From an uncultured Omnitrophica bacterium (lineage in GTDB: Bacteria > Omnitrophota > Gorgyraeia > JACQQV01), in NCBI GenBank assembly GCA_947085655.1, contig CAMTXH010000010.1, forward strand, positions 18,015 to 82,014: a stretch of DNA of 64,000 nucleotides. The letters are read 5' to 3'. The first letter of the stretch is position 1. The number at the start of each line of letters is the position of its first letter. Shown here in pieces: positions 10,586 through 19,234 of the stretch. The notes under the pieces were generated by a model. The model made no database searches. It saw only the letters and a list, made by a program, of their open reading frames with translations, and had not been told where the DNA came from. The position numbers and the translations under genes were made by a program.

Positions 10586-11044
10586 TCATTTTTTCGACTT
10601 TGCCTTCCTCATTAACTTCGCAAGATCAAGCTTATCTTGAGGTCTTCCCGCTTCCTTTTTCGACTGTATCAGTTCAGAAAGTCCAAGGATGTAGATGGGT
10701 GTTTTGCCATACCGCGTCCTCACCTTGCTTTTCCATGCTTCTACTGCAGATACGCCTGGAAGGTTCATCATGATATCGACCCTAACTGGCGCCACCCCAA
10801 TTTGTAAAATCATCTTCGGCTCTGTAAAATCCTGGGGGCTTAGATCTCTCAGCGGGGCTCCGAATGTTTTCAACGCGTCATAAACTCGTTGGGCATCGTT
10901 GAGTGTGACCGGAATCCAGACATCCAAATCTTTCGTGAAACGAGGTTCCGCATAAAACGTAACGGCGTGAGCCCCCACAACGAGATATTTGATCTTAAAG
11001 GTGTTTAATGCTTTGAACAGATCTTCGTAGTCTCGGCTGACCAT
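10586..11044 (-). CDS. Nucleotidyltransferase (Pol-beta/MNT-like), probable TA-type component
   Basis: YLVVGAHAV...PRFTKDLDVWI, RVDIM, LIQSKKEAGRPQDKLDL. Confidence 0.85.
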   Translation of the reverse strand: MVSRDYEDLFKALNTFKIKYLVVGAHAVTFYAEPRFTKDLDVWIPVTLNDAQRVYDALKTFGAPLRDLSPQDFTEPKMILQIGVAPVRVDIMMNLPGVSAVEAWKSKVRTRYGKTPIYILGLSELIQSKKEAGRPQDKLDLAKLMRKAKSKK

Positions 11045-11192
11045 TTGGTTTTCCTCGAATCTTTAAGAAGTCACTGACCATGAGCCACATAGCAGAAAAC
11101 CTGGCTGTTGCACCCGCATGCTGCCAGAATCGAATGTCGAATTTTTCAGCTTCCCTGAAAGAGGTTGTCTTATGAGTTATGATTTTTTTCAT
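10995..11192 (-). CDS. Small partner protein upstream of nucleotidyltransferase (putative antitoxin-like)
   Basis: 65 aa with SFREAEKFDIRFW...RF..MW and PRLRR; overlaps the NTase start. Confidence 0.7.
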   Translation of the reverse strand: MKKIITHKTTSFREAEKFDIRFWQHAGATARFSAMWLMVSDFLKIRGKPNGQPRLRRSVQSIKHL

Positions 11193-11220
11193 TGCCTAGC
11201 CCTTTCTATATTCAGACAGA

Positions 11221-11246
11221 ATTATGTCTTGTGTCCCCGGAATTCC
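11221..11246. repeat. 26-bp direct repeat, copy 2
   Basis: attatgtcttgtgtccccggaattcc. Confidence 0.9.
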
Positions 11247-11329
11247 GCGGCCACCATCACTTACATCAATCCAATCCCCGCAACTCTTCGATCAATCATT
11301 TATCCCTCGGTCCAAAAATAGACCGTCCT

Positions 11330-11956
11330 CTATTTTTCTATTTTTTTGAAAAGACAGTACAGAAATTCCTGAGTTGTATCAAAAGGTGTCTTGTGAATCT
11401 CCATAAAATGTTTCTCCAACCGAAAAACTCCTCCAAACTCTTTCTCCAGACTCTCGGAGGAATAACGAATAACCTCGAGGCCGCTGCATTTCAAGGGGCC
11501 GTTCGGCCCAAATGTCGCAATGAGGACATAACCCCCGCCTTTAAGAGATTTGCTGCAAGTATCAATGTATTTTTGCCTATCTTCACGTTTGGTCAGGAAA
11601 TGAAACACTGCCCGGTCATGCCAGAGGTCATAGTGGTCGGCCTGAAGATAAGTCTGCGTCACATCGGCTTCGATCCAGATGACCTGCTTTGCTTTACTTC
11701 CCAAGCGGCCTTTGGAAATTTTTAACGCTTCGGACGAAACGTCAAGAACCGTGATATTTTTATAGCCCTTTGCCAAAAGATCATCTGGTAGAGTCGATGC
11801 GCCCGCGCCTACATCAAGGATCTGGGCATCCGCTGAAAGGCCAAGCGATAAAAGGAGGTCGAGAGACTTCTCAAGATGCGGTTTATACCAACTTACCTCT
11901 TTTGGAGACTTTGTGTTGTAAATGTTCTCCCAATGGGTTTTCGGATCAAACATCAT
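11330..11956 (-). CDS. Class I SAM-dependent methyltransferase
   Basis: HWENIY..K...VSW, ILDVGAGAS, WHDRAVFHFL, GPLKCSGL; ATG at 11956 preferred. Confidence 0.9.
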   Translation of the reverse strand: MMFDPKTHWENIYNTKSPKEVSWYKPHLEKSLDLLLSLGLSADAQILDVGAGASTLPDDLLAKGYKNITVLDVSSEALKISKGRLGSKAKQVIWIEADVTQTYLQADHYDLWHDRAVFHFLTKREDRQKYIDTCSKSLKGGGYVLIATFGPNGPLKCSGLEVIRYSSESLEKEFGGVFRLEKHFMEIHKTPFDTTQEFLYCLFKKIEK

Positions 11957-11958
11957 CT

Positions 11959-12141
11959 TTATTTTGAGCCGCACTTTCCTTGTATACCGAACCTATTAAA
12001 GAGTTTTTCCAATAAACAGAATCCCGTTAACCCGGCAACGATCATCATCACGGCTACAAAATAGGCCAAGGGCTTAAAGAAAAGAAGGCCTATCAAGATA
12101 AGTATTCCATTGGTAATCCTCGTTAAGCTTATCGGAGACAT
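11959..12141 (-). CDS. DUF2892/YgaP-like small membrane protein
   Basis: Two hydrophobic segments and a GLTGFC.L motif; SD AGGAGG. Confidence 0.75.
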   Translation of the reverse strand: MSPISLTRITNGILILIGLLFFKPLAYFVAVMMIVAGLTGFCLLEKLFNRFGIQGKCGSK

Positions 12142-12193
12142 GCGATTACCTCCTATTTCTATTTACCGCACGACGCGGTACGGATTCTTTTTC

Positions 12194-12221
12194 ACTCCGC
12201 ATCCCACATTCCAAACTCCGA
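12194..12221. repeat. Degenerate heptamer tandem repeat
   Basis: actccgc atcccac attccaa actccga directly after the lysA stop. Confidence 0.5.
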
Positions 12222-12226
12222 ATTAA

Positions 12227-13516
12227 CTACACCCATCTTGGTATCCTCTCACCCCGCACCAAATCCTGTATGGTCTCGCGACGACGCACAATCTCAAAGC
12301 GGTTTCCGGAGACCAAAACCTCGGCCGCGCGGGGGCGCGAATTATAATTACTCGCCATCACAAAGCCGTAGGCCCCTGCGGCCAGGACGGCAAACGACTC
12401 CCCTTCAAAGAAAGTCGGCAGTTTCCTCTTCTTGGCAAGGAAATCCCCGCTTTCGCAGACAGGCCCGACCACATCGTAGGTCTCTTTTTGTCTTCCGTCC
12501 GATGCCTTGAGCGGCAGTATCTCATGATACGCCCCGTAGAGACTCGGCCGGATCAGGTCGTTCATGCCGGCATCCACAATCAGAAAGTTTTTCCCGCTCT
12601 GGCGCTTCACATAGATCACTCTGGAAAGCAACACACCGCTATTTCCCATGATGAAGCGTCCCGGCTCAAGAATGATCCGGAGTTTTCTCTTTCGAAGGAG
12701 CGGCAAAATCGCGCGCGCATACTCCTCGGGGGTCTGGGCCCTTTCGTTTGAATAGACGATGCCGAGTCCTCCCCCGATATTGAGCCAGTCAATCCGGATC
12801 CCGTTTTTCCGGAGATCTTCGATGAAGGAGACGGTCCTTCGGACAGCCGTCACAAAAGGTCTTGATTCAAGAATCTGGGAGCCGATATGGATATGGACCC
12901 CACGCAAAAGAAGATGCGGAAACGCCTCAAGGTGATAAAAAATCTTCCGCGCCTCGGTAAAGGTGATTCCGAATTTACTCTCGCTTTTGGCCGTCTGGAC
13001 ATAATGGTGTGTGAGGGCCTCCACTTCCGGGTTCAGGCGGAGTGCCACCCGGACCGTTTTTTCGAGAGCCCCGCCAATCTCCTCGATCCGGTCCAGTTCC
13101 GGAAGAGACTCCACATTGAGACAGAAAATTCCCTTTTGAATCGCAGTCCGGATCTCTGCATCGGTCTTTCCGACGCTTGCAAAGACGATTTTCTTCGGGT
13201 CTGCCCCGATTTTGAGGGCCCGGTAGAGCTCTCCCCCTGAGACCACATCAAATCCGGAGCCGGCCCTTGCCAGGGTCTTCAAGACCGCAAGGTTTGAATT
13301 CGATTTCACCGAAAAACAGACGAGGGGATTCAAGGACGAGAGCGCTCTTTTCAGTTTCCGGTAATGCTCAAGGATTGTCTTTTTGCTATAGACATAGACC
13401 GGCGTCCCGACCTCCCTTGCAATTTTCTCAAGGGGGACGTTTTCACAGTAAAGATTACCGCTTCGGTAGCGGATTTCGTGGCGGTAAAGTTTTACCGGGA
13501 GAACTTTCTTTCCCAT
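12227..13516 (-). CDS. lysA: Diaminopimelate decarboxylase
   Basis: SVKSNSN, DVVSGGE, HIHIGSQI, EPGRF, GPVCESGD, MASNYNSRP. Confidence 0.97.
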   Translation of the reverse strand: MGKKVLPVKLYRHEIRYRSGNLYCENVPLEKIAREVGTPVYVYSKKTILEHYRKLKRALSSLNPLVCFSVKSNSNLAVLKTLARAGSGFDVVSGGELYRALKIGADPKKIVFASVGKTDAEIRTAIQKGIFCLNVESLPELDRIEEIGGALEKTVRVALRLNPEVEALTHHYVQTAKSESKFGITFTEARKIFYHLEAFPHLLLRGVHIHIGSQILESRPFVTAVRRTVSFIEDLRKNGIRIDWLNIGGGLGIVYSNERAQTPEEYARAILPLLRKRKLRIILEPGRFIMGNSGVLLSRVIYVKRQSGKNFLIVDAGMNDLIRPSLYGAYHEILPLKASDGRQKETYDVVGPVCESGDFLAKKRKLPTFFEGESFAVLAAGAYGFVMASNYNSRPRAAEVLVSGNRFEIVRRRETIQDLVRGERIPRWV

Positions 13517-14871
13517 CGCTTGATCGCCTTTCGAACCTCCTGAACGCCGGTTCCACCGGAAGACCTTTTCCCGGCGACCGACGCCTCCGCCGACAAAAGT
13601 TTCAACACATCCTTTTCAAACCGGGGGGAGAACCGCTTCAGTTCCAAGAGACTCAACGTATCGAGCCGTCTTCCTTTTTCGTTTAAAAACCGGAGGAGTT
13701 TCCCAACCCCTTCATGGGATTGCCGGAAAGGGGCCCCTTTTCTCACAAGATACTCCGCAAGGTCTGTTGCCAAAAGCCCGTCATCATCCAGATGGGCCTG
13801 AATTGCCCATTCCCGGATCTCGAGCGTTTCAAAAAACCGGGGAAAAAGGGCTAGAATCTGCCGGATCCGGCTCATCGCTTTCATGAGGGGGGCTTTGTCA
13901 AGTTGCATATCCCGGTTATAGGAAAGGGGGAGCCCTTTCATCACGGTCAAAACCATCATCAAATTGCCATAGACCCGTCCGGTTTCCCCCCTCACCAATT
14001 CCAGAAAATCGGGATTTTTCTTCTGGGGCATCTGACTTGAGCCGGTGCAAAATGACTCGTCAATCGTGATGAAGTTGAACTCCTCGGTGCTCCAGATAAC
14101 AAGTTCCTCCGAAAGCCGGGAGAGGTGCATCGCCAGAATCGAAAAAGCGCTCAAAAGTTCAAGGATATAATCCCGGTCGCTTACCGCATCAATCGAATTC
14201 TCCGAAACTCTGGAAAACCCAAGTTCCCTTGCCACAAAATCCCGGTCGAGTTTGAAACTGCTCCCGGCAATCGCTCCCGAGCCGAGCGGCAGGACATCGA
14301 TTCTTTTGAGTGCTCCTTCCAGCCGCTCTTTGTCCCTTTCAAACATCTCGCAGTAGGCAAGAATGTGGTGCGGAAGGAGTACCGCTTGCGCATGCTGAAG
14401 ATGGGTGTAGCCGGGAATCACCACCTCCTCATTTTTCTTGGCAAACTGAAGGAGCGATTTCTGAAACATCCAAAGATGCTTCAGAATCGCTATAACCCAC
14501 CGCCTGCAGTAAAGCCGCATGCCGAGAGTCACCTGGTCGTTCCGGGACCGGGCGGTATGGAGTTTGCCGGCGAGTTTCCCGAGTTTCCGTGAAAGAAGAC
14601 CCTCCACAAAGGTGTGAATATCCTCCGCTTTCCTGTCGTATTTCAGATTTCCCCGGAGATACGCATCCGAAAGCCGGGTGAGTTCCCTCACAAGCCGCTC
14701 CGTCTCTGTTTTCGAAAGGAGTTTCACCCGCCCCAGCATCTTCGCATGGGCAATGCTTCCCTGAATGTCATCCGGGAGGAGTGCTTCATCCACGGATGGC
14801 TGCCTTGAGAACTGCTCAAAAAGCGGATCTGTTTTTTTCCGGAATCTTCCGCCCCATAGTTTTTTCATCAT
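13492..14871 (-). CDS. argH: Argininosuccinate lyase
   Basis: LWGGRF, HTARSRNDQV, GSSQMPQKKNPD. Confidence 0.98.
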   Translation of the reverse strand: MMKKLWGGRFRKKTDPLFEQFSRQPSVDEALLPDDIQGSIAHAKMLGRVKLLSKTETERLVRELTRLSDAYLRGNLKYDRKAEDIHTFVEGLLSRKLGKLAGKLHTARSRNDQVTLGMRLYCRRWVIAILKHLWMFQKSLLQFAKKNEEVVIPGYTHLQHAQAVLLPHHILAYCEMFERDKERLEGALKRIDVLPLGSGAIAGSSFKLDRDFVARELGFSRVSENSIDAVSDRDYILELLSAFSILAMHLSRLSEELVIWSTEEFNFITIDESFCTGSSQMPQKKNPDFLELVRGETGRVYGNLMMVLTVMKGLPLSYNRDMQLDKAPLMKAMSRIRQILALFPRFFETLEIREWAIQAHLDDDGLLATDLAEYLVRKGAPFRQSHEGVGKLLRFLNEKGRRLDTLSLLELKRFSPRFEKDVLKLLSAEASVAGKRSSGGTGVQEVRKAIKRWERKFSR

Positions 14872-14893
14872 CTATCCTTATCTGTGTGCGTGA

Positions 14894-15005
14894 AACTGTT
14901 CGCGAGTGGTTCTGTGAGCCGCATGTTGCGAGGCCGAGCATCAAGCGCAGCGACCCTCGCTGGGGGTCGCAAGCGGTGCGGCGAACAGACCACGAGCGAA
15001 CAGTT
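14894..15005. repeat. Structured palindromic intergenic element (MITE/REP-like)
   Basis: Terminal IR aactgttcgc/gcgaacagtt, inner stems gccgca/tgcggc and gcgaccc/gggtcgc. Confidence 0.7.
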
Positions 15006-16188
15006 ACTTGTGCCCGCGATACGGCAATCCCCACACTTTGATAAACCCTTCCGCAATCTTCCGATCGAAAGCATCTTTCTTCCCGTAGGTCGCAAGAGAC
15101 TTTTGGTAGAGCGAATAAGGAGATCTTCTCCCGACCGCGGTTGCATTTCCCTTGAAAAGTTTCACCCGGACTTCCCCTGTCACTCGCTCTGACGCCGCAT
15201 CCACAAACTCATCGAGTGCCGTTTTAAGAGGGGTAAACCAGAGACCGTCGTACACCAGCTCCGCATACCGCTCGGCGATGAGCCGCTTGTAATGGAAAAG
15301 GTTCCGGTCCAGGGTGAGGTTTTCAAGCGCCTCATGGGCCAGAGATAAAATCGCTGCGGCCGGTGCTTCGTAAATTTCCCGGCTTTTGATGCCGACAAGC
15401 CGGTTTTCAACAAGGTCGCTCCGTCCGACGCCATGTCTTCCCCCCAGTCGGTCAAGCCGCGAGATCAAAGTCAGAGGATCGGTTCTTTTTCCGTTCAGTC
15501 CGACCGGGATCCCTTTTTGAAATTGAATCGTCACACTCTGCGGATTGCCGGGGGCTTTCTTCGGGTCTTTCGTCAGTTTGTAAACTTCAGAAGGCGGCTC
15601 CGCCCACGGATCCTCAAGCCGGCCCGCCTCGATGCTCCTTCCCCAGAGGTTTTCATCAATCGAATAAAGTTTCCCGGCGCCGAATTCAAGCGGGATTCTT
15701 TTTCTTCTGGCGTAGGCGACTTCTTCCTCTCTTGAAGTAAGACTCCACTCCCGTAGGGGAGCGATCACGCCAAGGTCCGGCGCAAGGGCTGCCACAGAGA
15801 CTTCAAACCGGACCTGGTCGTTTCCTTTCCCGGTGCATCCGTGCGCAATAAAGGAAGCGTTCTCCTTACGGGCTACTCCGACAAGTGCCTTTGCGATGAG
15901 GGGCCTTGAAAGGGCGGTTGCCAGATAATATTTCGACTCATAGACCGCCCCCGCCTTAAGAGTCGGAAAGATAAAGTCCCGGACAAATTCCCTCCGGAGG
16001 TCCTGAATGGCGATTTTAAGGGCGCCGCTTGACTTTGCTCTTTTCCGGAGCAGGGGCGGATTCACTCCCTGACCGATATCGGCTGAAAAGCAGACAACAT
16101 CAAGATTTTTCTCTTCGGCCAGCCATTTGACGCAGACCGAGGTGTCGAGCCCCCCTGAATAAGCTAAAACCACTTTTTTTCGTTTCAT
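15004..16188 (-). CDS. argG: Argininosuccinate synthase
   Basis: LAYSGGLDTS, HGCTGKGNDQVRFE, ENRLVGIKSREIYE. Confidence 0.98.
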   Translation of the reverse strand: MKRKKVVLAYSGGLDTSVCVKWLAEEKNLDVVCFSADIGQGVNPPLLRKRAKSSGALKIAIQDLRREFVRDFIFPTLKAGAVYESKYYLATALSRPLIAKALVGVARKENASFIAHGCTGKGNDQVRFEVSVAALAPDLGVIAPLREWSLTSREEEVAYARRKRIPLEFGAGKLYSIDENLWGRSIEAGRLEDPWAEPPSEVYKLTKDPKKAPGNPQSVTIQFQKGIPVGLNGKRTDPLTLISRLDRLGGRHGVGRSDLVENRLVGIKSREIYEAPAAAILSLAHEALENLTLDRNLFHYKRLIAERYAELVYDGLWFTPLKTALDEFVDAASERVTGEVRVKLFKGNATAVGRRSPYSLYQKSLATYGKKDAFDRKIAEGFIKVWGLPYRGHK

Positions 16189-16200
16189 TTATCACCTAAT

Positions 16201-16292
16201 CAGCCTCGGGGTCCTGCCGCGGCGACTTTCCCGCCATGCTCGCTCCCGCTGCGCGTGGCGGGAGCCCTTGTCGCCGCGTCACCCCTCGGCTG
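16201..16292. repeat. Structured palindromic intergenic element (MITE/REP-like)
   Basis: Nested stems cagcc/ggctg, ggggt/acccc and gcggcgac/gtcgccgc. Confidence 0.7.
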
Positions 16293-16293
16293 T

Positions 16294-17208
16294 CTATGCT
16301 CTGCTACTCAATAGTGTCGCCAAAATGGCCTTCTGCACATGCAGCCGGTTCTCCGCCTGATCCCAGATGGCCGATTGCCTCCCCTCCAAAACACCCTCTG
16401 TTACCTCTTCCCCCCGGTGGGCCGGAAGACAGTGCATGAAAAAGGCACTCGATTTTGCCTGCTTCATCAATGCTTCATTTACCTGATACCCCCGGAACGC
16501 CTTCCGCCTTGCATTTTTCTCCCCTTCCTGCCCCATGCTGGTCCAGACATCGGTATAGACAATATCCGCCCCCCGGACCGCCTGTTTCGGGTCATGACCC
16601 AGGGAAATTCGGGCGCCGGTTTTCCGTCTCATCCGGTTCGTCTCTTTGACCACCTCGCCGTTTGGGGCGTACCGCTTCGGCGTCGCCGCCGAAAGATCCG
16701 CCCCGACAAGGGCAACGCCGTGAAGGAGGGAATGGAGTACATTGTTCCCGTCGCCGACATAAGCGATCTTCACTTTTTTAAGCCGTCCGAAAATCTGCCG
16801 GATCGTGTAAAGGTCGGCGAGCGCCTGACAGGGATGTTCCCGGTCGCTCAAGCCGTTAATGACCGGAATAGAGGCGTATCGGCCGAGGGTCTCGATATCT
16901 TCGTGTGAAAAGGTCCTTGCCACAATCCCGTCCACATACCGGGAAAGTCCCTGCGCAATGTCCGGAACCGTCTCCCGGATTCCCAATTGAATCCCTTCCG
17001 GCCCAAGGTAAATCGCCGCTCCCCCTAGTTGCAACATCCCAACCTCAAAAGAGACCCGGGTCCGCATGGAGGGCTTTTGAAAAACAAGGGCAAGCGTTTT
17101 TCCTTTAAGCGGAGTTCCCCGGCTCTTTTTCAGCCGGTCCGCCTCTTCAAAAAGCCGCTCTACTTGGATCGGCGAAAGATCCTTGAGTGAGACAAAATCC
17201 CTTTTCAT
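16294..17208 (-). CDS. argF: Ornithine carbamoyltransferase
   Basis: SMRTRVSFE, HPCQ, DVWTSMGQE, HCLP; start at 17208 overlaps the argD stop (ATGA). Confidence 0.97.
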   Translation of the reverse strand: MKRDFVSLKDLSPIQVERLFEEADRLKKSRGTPLKGKTLALVFQKPSMRTRVSFEVGMLQLGGAAIYLGPEGIQLGIRETVPDIAQGLSRYVDGIVARTFSHEDIETLGRYASIPVINGLSDREHPCQALADLYTIRQIFGRLKKVKIAYVGDGNNVLHSLLHGVALVGADLSAATPKRYAPNGEVVKETNRMRRKTGARISLGHDPKQAVRGADIVYTDVWTSMGQEGEKNARRKAFRGYQVNEALMKQAKSSAFFMHCLPAHRGEEVTEGVLEGRQSAIWDQAENRLHVQKAILATLLSSRA

Positions 17209-18386
17209 GAAATCTCCTTCAAGACCGCCTCGATCTTTCCAAGTGCCTCCTCGATCTCTTTTTTCGTGGCGGTCAAAGGCGGCATCACCCGGATCACCCG
17301 CTCCTGCGTGCAATTCAAAAGAAGTCCCCGCGAAAGACATTTCTCGACAAACGGGTTTCCGTCCTTGGTCAGTTCCATTCCGATCATGAACCCTTTTCCC
17401 CGCACTTCTCGGATCACCGGGTATTTTTTCTTGAGTGCTTCAAGCTGCTCAAAGAGAAACTGGCTGAGCCGGTTCACCTGAGTGAGGAGTTTTTTCTTCT
17501 GAATCATTTCAAAAACCGCAAGCGCTGCGCCGCAGACAAGCGGACTCCCTCCGAAAGTGGCCGCATGCCGACCCGGGCCCAGGAGGTTCACAAAAGGTTT
17601 CCGGACCACCGTCGCTCCGATCGGAAGTCCCCCGCCGAGTGATTTGGCAAGGGTCATCACATCCGGCACCACCCCTTCATGCTGATAGCAGAAAAGTTTC
17701 CCGGTTCTTCCGATTCCGGTCTGCACCTCGTCAAAAACAAGGAGAATCTTTTTTTCGTCGCAGAGTTTCCGAAGCCCCCGGATAAACTCGGAAGAGGCAG
17801 CATGAATTCCCCCCTCTCCTTGAATCAGCTCAAGAAAAATCGCGATCGTCTCTTTGCGGATCCCCTTTTCCACCGCCTCAAGGTCATTCAAAGGGAGTTC
17901 CCGGAATCCTTCCGGAAGCGGGCCGAACCCTTCCTTATATTTCGCCTGACCGGTGAGGGCCACCGTTGCTAAAGTTCTTCCGTGAAACGACCCCTGCATG
18001 GAGAGAATCTCGTATCGGGCCGGATGGCCGTAGGCCCGCGCCAGTTTGATCGCCGCCTCGTTCGCCTCGGCGCCGCTATTGGCAAAAAAGACCGCTCCTT
18101 CAAAAGAGGATTCCACGATCCGCTTGGCCAGTTTCACCTGAACGGGGTTGTAATAATTGTTCGAGACATGGAGGATCCGTCTGGCCTGGGTCTGCACCGC
18201 CCGGACCACCGGCGGAGGACAATGCCCAAGCCCGCTCACCCCCCATCCCGGAAAAAAATCAAGATAGACCTTCCCGTGAATATCCCACACTCGGGATCCC
18301 TTTCCCTTGGTCAAGACCAAAGGGGTCCGCCGGTAATTCGGAAGAAGGTATTCTTTCTCAAGTTCTATGACGTCGGATGCCTTCAT
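17205..18386 (-). CDS. argD: Acetylornithine aminotransferase
   Basis: NSGAEANE, FHGRT, DEVQTG, TLAKSLGGG. Confidence 0.96.
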   Translation of the reverse strand: MKASDVIELEKEYLLPNYRRTPLVLTKGKGSRVWDIHGKVYLDFFPGWGVSGLGHCPPPVVRAVQTQARRILHVSNNYYNPVQVKLAKRIVESSFEGAVFFANSGAEANEAAIKLARAYGHPARYEILSMQGSFHGRTLATVALTGQAKYKEGFGPLPEGFRELPLNDLEAVEKGIRKETIAIFLELIQGEGGIHAASSEFIRGLRKLCDEKKILLVFDEVQTGIGRTGKLFCYQHEGVVPDVMTLAKSLGGGLPIGATVVRKPFVNLLGPGRHAATFGGSPLVCGAALAVFEMIQKKKLLTQVNRLSQFLFEQLEALKKKYPVIREVRGKGFMIGMELTKDGNPFVEKCLSRGLLLNCTQERVIRVMPPLTATKKEIEEALGKIEAVLKEIS

Positions 18387-19234
18387 TTCACAATCTCGGT
18401 TCCGATTCCCTTTTCGGTGAAAATCTCCAGAAGGAGCGCCCGCGGAAAACTTCCGCTGATGATGTGCACCTTCTTCACGCCCTTGGAAAGGGCATGCACC
18501 GCTGCCCGGGTCTTCGGAATCATCCCATGTTCCACAATCCGCTTGGAAATCAGCCGCTCCACTTCCGGAACCCGGATCGTTGGGATCCGGCTTTCCGGAT
18601 TCTTCTGGTCCCGGAGGATGCCGTTCGTATCGGTGAAAAAAACAAGTTTTTCTGCCTGCATCGCCTCGGCCATTTTGGTTGCTGCCTCATCCGCATTCAC
18701 GTTATAAAGCTGTCCATCCCTCCACCGCGAGATCGGAGAAACCACCGGAACGACTCCCTGCCGCAGAAGTTTCCGCAAAGGGGAAACATTCACCTGGGTA
18801 ATCTCGCCGACATAGCCGAGTGTTCCGGTCGGCTCCGGTCTTATTTTGAAAAGCCCGTCCTTCCCGTGAAACCCCTGAGCATGTCCTTCCAACTCTTCCC
18901 GGATTTCCCGGACCAGTTGCCGGTTGAGATCACTTAAAACTTCATCCACCACCCGGATCACCCGCTCGTCTGTCATCCGCCTTCCTTCGATAAACCTGGC
19001 TCTCTCGCCCCGCTCCTCGAGTTTCGCGGTGATGTGGGGACCTCCGCCGTGCACCAGAACCGGACAGATTCCGACGGAGGAAAGAAAAACCACATCCTGG
19101 AGGATGGAGCGTTTTCCTTTATCACTCATAATCGCCCTTCCCCCGTATTTGATCACAAAGACCTTCCCCCGGAAGGCCCGGAGATACGGAAGCGCTTCGA
19201 TCAGAATGTCCGCTTTTTCGATAATCCTTCTCAT
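18383..19234 (-). CDS. argB: Acetylglutamate kinase
   Basis: EALPY, VIKYGG, VHGGGP, NVNAD, GMIPK. Confidence 0.97.
   Translation of the reverse strand: MRRIIEKADILIEALPYLRAFRGKVFVIKYGGRAIMSDKGKRSILQDVVFLSSVGICPVLVHGGGPHITAKLEERGERARFIEGRRMTDERVIRVVDEVLSDLNRQLVREIREELEGHAQGFHGKDGLFKIRPEPTGTLGYVGEITQVNVSPLRKLLRQGVVPVVSPISRWRDGQLYNVNADEAATKMAEAMQAEKLVFFTDTNGILRDQKNPESRIPTIRVPEVERLISKRIVEHGMIPKTRAAVHALSKGVKKVHIISGSFPRALLLEIFTEKGIGTEIVK

Noticed and set aside
10546-11246. 26-bp repeats as a CRISPR array
   Set aside because: Only two copies, separated by about 650 bp of coding DNA; no cas genes
14868-15192. ORFs of 72-102 aa spanning the argG-argH gap
   Set aside because: Read-through of a GC-rich palindrome overlapping argG; not protein-like
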